32,000 bases of DNA, taken from NCBI RefSeq assembly GCF_003428155.1, contig NZ_QLIR01000012.1:20498-52497 (forward strand), read 5' to 3'. Both the position numbers and the translations under genes were made by a program. Source of the stretch: Fastidiosibacter lacustris (GTDB taxonomy: Bacteria > Pseudomonadota > Gammaproteobacteria > Francisellales > Francisellaceae). Shown one piece after another: positions 27,601-32,000 of the stretch. A model generated the notes under the pieces. It did no database searches, had not been told where the DNA came from, and worked only from the letters and a program-made list of their open reading frames with translations. Every line of letters starts with the position of its first letter. Position 1 is the first letter of the stretch.

Positions 27601-28224
27601 AAAGATACATTTAATAATGAGCAGAAATTATCAGATCATATTAAATCTATAAAAAGAAACTGTGAACAAATAAATGCGTTAGCTAACCACTTCAAAAGTT
27701 ACGGAAAAGAGGTACGTTTTATATTACCAGATAGAGATAAATTTGACTTTAATGATGTATTAAATCAACAAGGATATGCTGAACTTAGCAGACAAGTAAA
27801 TCAGCTAATAACAGAAAAAGACTTTAGTAAAATAACGAATAAGTATATTGAAATAAAATTAAATCACATCAATGACGAGATGAGTAAGCACATTAAGTCA
27901 ATAAAAAATGAATATGAAAAATCAATTATGCAACATCCTAGTTTAAATCATTTAAACTCATGTCACGATAAGGGCTTATTAATAAATGAGACTATTAATA
28001 AATCGAATATTTATAAAGATACACTGCTATCAGATCAACGAATAATGGATGCAAAGAAACGTCTTGATAGTCAATTACAAAATCAAATTCGACATGACCA
28101 GATTGAAAATATCGTTGGCAAAATAGATAAAGTAGATAAAATAAATAAGATAGATAAAACACCTAATGCAAAACATCAGGAAACGCTAAAATCACAATCA
28201 GTTAATAAGGAAATTGAGCGATAG
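21691..28224 (+). CDS. traI: TraI, MOBF relaxase-helicase with a C-terminal Toprim/primase-like extension (2177 aa)
   Basis: The N-terminus MMSIGVV...KYFIDKDNYYL...KHRPATDITFSAPKS...DPQLHTHGV is collinear with F TraI (MMSIAQV...NYYTDKDNYY...KHRPGYDLTFSAPKS...EPQLHTHAV), including Y16, Y23/Y24 and the HxH motif. Helicase Walker A GLAGTGKTT is at 25030-25056. A Toprim-like AEGVETG is at 27451-27471 and DND at 27583-27591. SD AGGAGA. Confidence 0.95.
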   Translation: MMSIGVVSSGSNVHKYFIDKDNYYLTDKSELKEAATWYGKGAELLGIKGEQVDEKLFLDLLHGRLPNGEQVGIMRDGSFKHRPATDITFSAPKSLSIMGLVAGDTRLIEVHNKAVEKALGKIEALYAEARITENGITSYEKTGNLTIAAFRHTSSREKDPQLHTHGVTMNFTQREDGQWRALSSRQKNDVQHLENGFREMLYANQHYLGMIYNSEIAKGTVECGYEIKVKDQYGNFDIVGLSQDYLESQSKRRTQILNKLEEKGLNGAKAAQNACLDSRIAKSDISPDELKAAWIEDAKAQGVSLGKVFMESINNLEQDAKEEKEAEKAKETNSTKNNTPNDQLPSKAYVTSDLQTHSHNAKEAISDAVAHLSQYGVQIKHGDIIRQAFVFSAGLVEHDHLEAVLSDKLKTGELIGREHQYYTTDQLVKVEKDFMQFAKASMVSAWSVNLNRSGLEASLFNHKDRLQLIDVKGLRNEAKLIDGLVKTAENNGLNVYVLHQNYSRLNRLKEDVKRDGSSLWKAFKNHFKHDLLQTVGKFEHDYTQKLNNPFFSFAQLSHKQDLIIVADSQKLGIKDVERLNTLAEKGKAKIAFLNNTESTLGFSAGNPMKLLKESGVNQLRSQSISKNTLVEVASFSEAHKALAYHYVGLDNEAKKNTPIVAFTNKAQAEITGEIRDHLKENGELSLQENHYQTLSTSRLSDIEKTKTQCYQLGDSVTLNPFAQAEENGKSKRSEKGEKNGEKHKQQSYLVTGIDRDNQALHLTNRHGESIQLSLKKEDLFHADGSFKVNFEANKSKTMAIAVGETLRATRNLYLDYQADSIDNSSKSDKSGQSGESNKDSKVETVKTVKIDKNSTFKVQSIAENGIHIQHDNKTIFVANEKLQRSFIEHGYVIKPHQLSKDTDSVLTALSSYQVNQNNIGEIAEFAKKVTLFTDNPEKSTQALNAQQVSWLALDVASGKAQSYNPIVRTEEAIRKDLEVVAKALSGDDKTKADTAVSYGIAKLAEREAGFQLNDLLKESMKYALGSVSLEDIEKIIADKSKQGDLLVTGQTVTTAYAYQLEKNIIQTVKDNHASVAPIYDKVPTLSQEISFTQGQKDAVSLALTTNDRFIGVQGLAGTGKTTMMKELKQHAEKAGFNIIGIAPTHKAVQMLDESINKEVTGSRFEKAGIPVITAHSFINKTNTTHDGHDTNKIDNSKTLFIIDESSMLGNRIYHDIQKKIVSLNARGIFSGDIKQQVAIESGKPQELSMNNGLKYASMNEIVRQNPNPQLKMSAVLAADKQPAKALINLESINPFDHIQRKDFYSSEPISFIEVGAAKDGQGKVLLDDNGKPSLTNLYDVIAKDVLTRIPEQRENTIVVASTHKDRHEIDQRIRQGLINDDHIKNEVNATRLMSKNIDQADMLHAKNYEVGDILRFERGYSVAKKGDYMQVIGIDESQNKLNVINIGDGNNYSINPASIALKADMSVYKELEVQLGVGDRIRLRQSDPKRGWVGGAEYKVSAIEDGKAYLTYLHHTNAQNNKHNENNTHTHNLTIHLTDKKDQLWDYAYTNTTYSAQGATSKYFIGLADENYRSMYIQLTRASMQATIYTANKVKLLNGLEDARRQLQADKLSAYEMLHQSHQQKEIEKNETIKTIKITKGAYNKQHQISNTNVSVDGKGIPIAKTRDKTGYTAKEKIEKPVLADDIKPLLRQRMEELAISLLGEPNKALSNQTQLRFGKNGSLTVNLEKAQWFSHETGKGGNPFDLIKHELNFSDFKDVLDYAKKFVNYTPDMQYIEVKPKPTEQINLEDEKRQERKEKQEQMKALGDRLYQQSVPIKGTLGEKYLAECRGLSCYENADIRFVNSISGIDKTTGNRIYTPAILSVAKDDKDALHHVQVIRLNQDGSKNKDVKITKQTYGKMDGFAVDLNTKADKSVTYLAEGVETGLSILNIHKNAHVLAVLGKSNFANINTDKLADKIVICLDNDFKGKDTFNNEQKLSDHIKSIKRNCEQINALANHFKSYGKEVRFILPDRDKFDFNDVLNQQGYAELSRQVNQLITEKDFSKITNKYIEIKLNHINDEMSKHIKSIKNEYEKSIMQHPSLNHLNSCHDKGLLINETINKSNIYKDTLLSDQRIMDAKKRLDSQLQNQIRHDQIENIVGKIDKVDKINKIDKTPNAKHQETLKSQSVNKEIER
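26750..27800 (+). other. Primase-like module inside traI: Cys-less zinc-finger-like segment plus Toprim domain
   Basis: LRFGKNGSLTVNLEKAQWFSHETGKGGNPFDLIKHE resembles a DnaG/TraC-type primase finger but has no Cys. It is followed by YLAEGVETGLS (Toprim Glu) and ICLDNDFKG (DxD). F TraI (about 1756 aa as recalled) has no such module. Confidence 0.6.
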
Positions 28225-28306
28225 CTATCACTACATTTTCTATATTTTACTATATTTCACTATAAAAATCCAAAGTAATAATATTTGTCTTTACTTTAAT
28301 CTCCCT

Positions 28307-28636
28307 TTATTTCCCACTTTTCCCTTTCAAATAAGCTGATGTTTTGTTTTCAATCATCGTTATCAATGTATCGGCATCAAAGAATTTACCTGTTGTTTTA
28401 GTTTTATCAAAGACACAGCGTATAATCTCTTTAACCACTTCGTTGGTTTCAATGGCATATTTCACACTATCATCTACTGCAAGATCATCTGATGACTTAT
28501 CTAGCGATGATTTATGCACTCTTAATCCTAAATCAAGCATATCAAGCGCAAAGTTAGCCGTTGATTTACTACTGCTTTTGGCATGTTTTTCTAATTCTTC
28601 ATAGACATTAGCGCCTATATCTAATTTCATTTCCAT
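28307..28636 (-). CDS. Putative ribbon-helix-helix DNA-binding protein (109 aa), second gene leaving oriT
   Basis: N-terminus MKLDIGANVYEELEKHAKSSSKSTANFALDMLDLGLRV fits a strand-helix-helix pattern. Its start overlaps the upstream gene's stop (ATGGAAATGA). Function is inferred from position only. Confidence 0.5.
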   Translation of the reverse strand: MEMKLDIGANVYEELEKHAKSSSKSTANFALDMLDLGLRVHKSSLDKSSDDLAVDDSVKYAIETNEVVKEIIRCVFDKTKTTGKFFDADTLITMIENKTSAYLKGKSGK

Positions 28637-29124
28637 TGGTTTTTATCCTCTTCAATTGGAATAGTTTTCATGTTATTTCTATCATTTGAAACATAAATAT
28701 TTTTATATTCTTCACCTTGAATCTGTCCACATTTTTTCACTGTTTCATCTAGAGAAATGGCGAATATTTTCTTGGCAATCTCGGTATCATTTATCTTGCC
28801 TAAAAGACATTTCGTGCTTATTTGTGCTGCATGAACAAGGTGAGGTATCATAATATTTATTTGCTCTGTTAACTTTACTAAATGATTAATGTCATCAGAA
28901 ATAACAACGTTTTTACCTTGTTTTTCTTCCTTTTTTTCCAATATTTTTTCGCGAATTAAATGCTTAATTGCCAAACCCAATGATGGCTCATTGTTACTTT
29001 TTAATAATGCGTTGTCATATGCCAATTTGGTTAGATACTTTTCTTCGGTTTCAGATAACCTTAATGAGGTTGGGTATTGTTTTGATTCCATAAGGCGTTT
29101 TTGCTTGATTTTTATGTAGTGCAT
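28627..29124 (-). CDS. Putative ribbon-helix-helix relaxosome/regulatory protein (165 aa) at the traM/traY position
   Basis: PTSLRLSETEEKYLTKLAYDNALLKSNNEPSLGLAIKHLIREKI fits a strand-helix-helix pattern. It is the first gene transcribed away from the putative nic site. The start is uncertain (ATG 29124 or ATG 29091; neither has a clear SD). Confidence 0.5.
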   Translation of the reverse strand: MHYIKIKQKRLMESKQYPTSLRLSETEEKYLTKLAYDNALLKSNNEPSLGLAIKHLIREKILEKKEEKQGKNVVISDDINHLVKLTEQINIMIPHLVHAAQISTKCLLGKINDTEIAKKIFAISLDETVKKCGQIQGEEYKNIYVSNDRNNMKTIPIEEDKNQWK

Positions 29125-29340
29125 TGTAGCGCATATAAAGTGGACTTGCTAGCTATTTGTATCACATTTTACTACTTATAACGGTTTTATAAGGCTAGTC
29201 TCTGTATTAAATTGTGCTACAATCAGGCTAATGAGTATATCCCTTGTACTACAATGTAGTTTTTACATATAAATACTTTACTCTGATGCCAAGAGATGCT
29301 TATAAATAAAGGCTTCTCTATGTATTATTTTTTGCTACAA
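29124..29340. promoter_or_regulatory. Repeated GCTACAA/TTGTAGC motif, a candidate operator or relaxosome-protein binding sites
   Basis: TTGTAGC at 29124-29130 (with the tandem TGTAGTGCA / TGTAGCGCA at 29115-29133), ATTGTGCTACAAT at 29211-29223, TTGTACTACAATGTAG at 29244-29259 (overlapping palindromes) and GCTACAA at 29334-29340. All lie between the 165-aa gene start and the putative nic. Confidence 0.35.
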
Positions 29341-29438
29341 GATAATCAGGAGTATTTTTAATGATTTTATATTCGCTAAAAAAAGCCAAAAGCCTTTATT
29401 TACAAGACTTTGAATAAGCCTTTTTAGGCAACACTCGA

Positions 29439-29460
29439 TTGCGTGGTGTGTGGCAGGGTC
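29439..29460 (+). other. oriT: Putative oriT nic region, F/R100 type (TTGCGTGGTGTGT|GGCAG; predicted nick between 29451 and 29452 on the + strand)
   Basis: GCGTGGTGTGTGG differs by one base from F GCGTGGGGTGTGG and by one base from R100 GCGTAGTGTGTGG, as I recall those TraI recognition sequences. It lies in a 550-bp intergenic region. The strand is consistent with the flanking gene orientations. Confidence 0.65.
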
Positions 29461-29673
29461 AGGGAGGTCGTGTCGAGGATACCTTGGATTTAATGTAATG
29501 ATTATGATAATCGTTATCGTACAGTGTGCGTATGAAAATTGAGCAGACAATCCTATGCCGTTTGAATGGAAATTGACATTTTAAGCCTATACCTTTTAAA
29601 AAGATGGAATAAAATTAAAGGACAATAAAAACAAGATAAAATCGGTTTGATTTTTTAAAAAAATATTATTTTT

Positions 29674-30627
29674 CTATGTAACTTTTTCATATTGATCATT
29701 TACATTAATATTCAAAAGAAAACTAAAAACTTTTACGCAACATTTAACAGCTTCCATATAATCATCATCTGTTAAAAGTGAAAGCCAACTTTCAATATAT
29801 TTTTCATGATTTTTTATCTCGCCATTAATACCAAAATGCTTTAATAAAATGGTGCTGCTGATCTCAGCAATTAACTCTTCTTTTGCATAAGACTTTTTGC
29901 ATGAAAAATTTATTTCTCGATTTAATCTGCTTGGATGCAATGTCCAATGCGCTAACTCATGCAAAAGCGTTGCCTGATAGTCTGCCTCAGTTCTAAAATA
30001 TTTTGGGCTTGGCAGCCTTATTTCGTCTAACTCTGGTGAGTAATAAGCTTGACCAATGTCATGATGAACAATTTTTGGATTGTGTGCATTAATCAAGCTT
30101 TCGATACCACTATCAGTTTTTATTTCCTGATCAACATCTTTTAAGGTTGTTTGCGTTAAATTAAAAACGCGGTACATTTTAGGGCATATAGCAGTATATT
30201 TGTATTTATCACCCGCTTTAACTTTAACTAAATGACCATTGTTTTTATATTCATAATCAGTTTTCGCGTCACCTTCCTTTTTGTAAGTTGTAAAGAAAAA
30301 GACTTCTTCCGATTTTTCACCTTTACGCACACTCCCACCAAGTTCATTTATTTGTTTGAAAGTAAACCATTGATTAGACTTGTATTTATTTTCAAGTTGC
30401 GAAAATAATAATTGCAAAACGTTAACGCCGTTATATAGTTTTGATTGACTATTAACAGGCAATAACTGACTTCCTGAGCGATCAAAATTATCTACCCAAA
30501 CGTCTGCGCCTTTTTTGATATTTTCTTTAATCTTTTGAGCAATAGACAAAACATAATCCTGATATGTTGTTTTTACTGTTTTTGAAGTTTTTAAAGTGCT
30601 ATATTTTTTTACTTTTGTTGTAGTCAT
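29674..30627 (-). CDS. ardC: ArdC-family antirestriction protein (ssDNA-binding N-domain plus zincin-like metalloprotease C-domain)
   Basis: NQWFTFKQINELGGSVRKGEKSEEVFFF is an N-terminal ArdC/DUF1738-like block. LLHELAHWTLHPSRLNR is the HExxH metalloprotease motif typical of ArdC. 317 aa. SD GGAGA. Confidence 0.88.
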   Translation of the reverse strand: MTTTKVKKYSTLKTSKTVKTTYQDYVLSIAQKIKENIKKGADVWVDNFDRSGSQLLPVNSQSKLYNGVNVLQLLFSQLENKYKSNQWFTFKQINELGGSVRKGEKSEEVFFFTTYKKEGDAKTDYEYKNNGHLVKVKAGDKYKYTAICPKMYRVFNLTQTTLKDVDQEIKTDSGIESLINAHNPKIVHHDIGQAYYSPELDEIRLPSPKYFRTEADYQATLLHELAHWTLHPSRLNREINFSCKKSYAKEELIAEISSTILLKHFGINGEIKNHEKYIESWLSLLTDDDYMEAVKCCVKVFSFLLNINVNDQYEKVT

Positions 30628-30665
30628 CGTATTATCTCCATTGTTGTGTTGATAACACCTTTTGC

Positions 30666-30740
30666 AACAAGCCTTAAAAAATTAAATGCAAGGGTGCCGC
30701 AGGCACTTGCGTAGCCCTTGCATTTGAATTTTGGCTTGTT
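30666..30740. promoter_or_regulatory. 75-nt imperfect hairpin upstream of ardC, a candidate single-strand (Frpo/ssi-like) promoter
   Basis: AACAAGCC (30666-73) pairs with GGCTTGTT (30733-40). AAAATT (30678-83) pairs with AATTTT (30727-32). AAATGCAAGGG (30684-94) pairs with CCCTTGCATTT (30715-25). That gives 25 bp with two bulges, plus an apical TGCC-gca-GGCA. The right arm reads TTGCAT-16 nt-TAAAAA in the direction of ardC. Confidence 0.45.
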
Positions 30741-30763
30741 AAAAAAGAAAATATTACTAGGCT

Positions 30764-30791
30764 ATCACGCTGTAAGCGTGATTCCTTTTTG
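30764..30791 (+). terminator. Terminator-like hairpin ATCACGC-tgtaa-GCGTGAT followed by TCCTTTTTG
   Basis: 7-bp perfect stem, 5-nt loop and a T-run on the + strand only. Both flanking genes are on the minus strand, so its role is unclear. It may insulate against antisense transcription or belong to the ssDNA structure. Confidence 0.35.
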
Positions 30792-30852
30792 TCGGCGTTG
30801 TTTATTTTTTGAGATTTCAGGAAAGAACTTTAAAGGGATTGAGATAAAAAAA

Positions 30853-31158
30853 TTATGATAAATATTTTAAGCCATTCTCATCAACGAGATTAATTAGTTT
30901 TAAGATAGCACCCTTAGCTTGTCGCGTGCCCTGCTCAAGACTTTTAACCATTGCTGGACTGATATTAAGAAATTTAGCAAATACCGCTTGGCTGACGTTT
31001 TGACGTTCTCTAATTGCTTTTATATCATCGCCTGTATATTCGTATACTGTTGGCGTTTCAACTTCGGTTAATTCGCGCAGGGTTGTTTTGTCAATAATAC
31101 CACTGGTGTATAGATCATTTGACAAGTCGTTTATGGTTTCTCTTATGCTGCTCATCAT
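30853..31158 (-). CDS. XRE/NadS-type HTH antitoxin
   Basis: The C-terminal HTH IRERQNVSQAVFAKFLNISPAMVKSLEQGTRQAKGAILKLINL is typical of antitoxins partnered with PF06296-type RelE toxins. Its start overlaps the toxin stop (ATGA). Confidence 0.85.
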   Translation of the reverse strand: MMSSIRETINDLSNDLYTSGIIDKTTLRELTEVETPTVYEYTGDDIKAIRERQNVSQAVFAKFLNISPAMVKSLEQGTRQAKGAILKLINLVDENGLKYLS

Positions 31159-31526
31159 ATCACCTTAAATAGTTTTTTATCTGCGATTAACGTTTGCACA
31201 TCACTATCACTTAATGACAGTAATATGCTAGACAACTTTTTAAAGTCCACAAGCTCGCGCTTTGTGAAGTTTTCTTTTTCATTCTTTTTAAAGCAATGCA
31301 CCCAGTAACATACAACGCCATCACTAAAAACAATAATGGTTCGACTGCTGCCGCTTTTGCCTTTATTGTCTGTCGCTACTCTAAGCTTATATAAGCTGCC
31401 ACCTAATGCATATCTTTGCTTACCCAAGTCATCTAGTGAAGCAAAGTAATTTAATGTTTCTTTTAAATCTGCATCGCTAATATGTTTTGATTCACTTGCA
31501 AACTTTTTTATTTTATAATTTTTCAT
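31155..31526 (-). CDS. RelE/ParE-superfamily toxin (PF06296/DUF1044-like), toxin-first operon
   Basis: The true start is taken as ATG 31526 (MKNYKIKKF...). The motif GGSLYKLRVATDNKGKSGSSRTIIVF...FKKNEKENFTKREL matches the family pattern G..l.K.R.a..g.GKSGG.R as recalled. The 41-codon N-terminal extension in the ORF track runs through the promoter. Confidence 0.85.
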   Translation of the reverse strand: MKNYKIKKFASESKHISDADLKETLNYFASLDDLGKQRYALGGSLYKLRVATDNKGKSGSSRTIIVFSDGVVCYWVHCFKKNEKENFTKRELVDFKKLSSILLSLSDSDVQTLIADKKLFKVI

Positions 31527-31557
31527 GCTTAAAATAGTTGGCTGTATGTTACATAGT

Positions 31558-31585
31558 ATTATAATACACTGGCTTACCATGTCAA
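31558..31585 (-). promoter_or_regulatory. Consensus sigma70 promoter for the toxin-antitoxin operon (TTGACA-16 nt-TATAAT) with a 12-bp palindrome GTATTATAATAC over the -10
   Basis: On the minus strand TTGACA is 31585-31580 and TATAAT is 31563-31558. The palindrome is 31556-31567. It lies about 30 nt upstream of the toxin ATG. Confidence 0.6.
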
Positions 31586-31642
31586 TAAAACAATAAAGCA
31601 AAAAATTAAAAATAATGATATAAACATAAGGAAGTAAATAAC

Positions 31643-31888
31643 ATGCCAAGCATTACAAAACCATCTGCACCCAGTTATATGACGCTACCTAAAAAAGTTA
31701 GAATCACCGAGGAAACTTACTTTAAAATGCTAGAGTATCTGGATTGGAATCAATCGCTTGATGGCGAAAACGATATTGATTTTTTAATTGAGGAATCCAT
31801 TAAAATTGCACTCGAATCTGATAAAGATTTTAAGCGTAGAAATAAAGTGAAGAAAACAGCAGCGGTTAAGGAAGAAGCGACTGCATAA
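31643..31888 (+). CDS. Hypothetical protein (81 aa), divergent from the TA operon
   Basis: SD AAGGAAG lies 7-8 nt upstream of the ATG. Acidic middle and basic C-terminal tail. No recognised motif. Confidence 0.5.
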   Translation: MPSITKPSAPSYMTLPKKVRITEETYFKMLEYLDWNQSLDGENDIDFLIEESIKIALESDKDFKRRNKVKKTAAVKEEATA

Positions 31889-32000
31889 TGCAGTCTAATA
31901 ACTCACTTAATAGCGATACTCAGGGATGCGTTCGATTTCGTTATCAATGCGATACGTCATATCATCACAGTAAACATTTTCTAGCTTCTTAATCGTTGCA

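Noticed and set aside
28249-28275. Three tandem ~10-nt units (CTATATTTTA CTATATTTCA CTATAAAAAT) after the traI stop, considered as possible iterons.
   Set aside because: They are short, AT-rich and degenerate, and lie between convergent gene ends with no replication gene nearby. They are likely chance or slippage.
29335-29550. 71-aa minus-strand ORF spanning the putative nic site.
   Set aside because: No SD and an odd composition. It covers the best oriT candidate and the G-rich nic core, so it is more plausibly non-coding.
31527-31649. 41-codon N-terminal extension of the RelE-like toxin ORF (MACYLLPYVYIIIF...).
   Set aside because: It runs through the consensus promoter and the start of the divergent gene. 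The family-typical protein begins at MKNYKIKKF (ATG 31526).
31907-32000. Minus-strand ORF open to the right window edge (...KKLENVYCDDMTYRIDNEIERIPEYRY-stop at 31907-31909).
   Set aside because: Only 31 codons are visible and I recognise no motif. It is probably the 3' end of a real leading-region gene, but there is too little to annotate.

Overview
This window is most of the transfer region of an AT-rich, F-like (MOBF / MPF-F) conjugative plasmid or ICE. The host cannot be named from sequence alone. On the + strand the gene order matches F: traC (5' end outside the window), trbI, traW, traU, trbC, traN, traF, trbB, traH, traG, then traT, traD and a very long traI (2177 aa). Non-F material is interleaved: two small exported proteins between trbI and traW, a small membrane protein between traU and trbC, and a membrane protein at the traS position on the opposite strand. 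Between traD and traI lies an accessory block: an HU-like gene with an in-frame TGA, an unknown protein, an Rpn/YhgA-family nuclease, about 0.9 kb of ORF-free DNA with a structured repeat, and an orphan 87-aa ORF. Downstream of traI I read a sequence one base away from the F and R100 nic sites (29439-29456, + strand). To its left are two ribbon-helix-helix-like genes at the traM/traY position. To its right is an apparent leading region on the minus strand: ardC preceded by a 75-nt imperfect hairpin, a RelE/XRE toxin-antitoxin pair, and small unknown genes. TraI carries a C-terminal Toprim/primase-like extension that F TraI lacks. I do not see a clear-cut novel multi-gene system. The best candidates for follow-up are the traD-traI accessory block with its structured repeat, the oriT/leading-region architecture with a possible single-strand promoter, the relaxase-helicase-Toprim fusion, and the inverted traS-position gene. 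All homology calls rest on my recollection of family motifs and F protein sequences, not on database searches.
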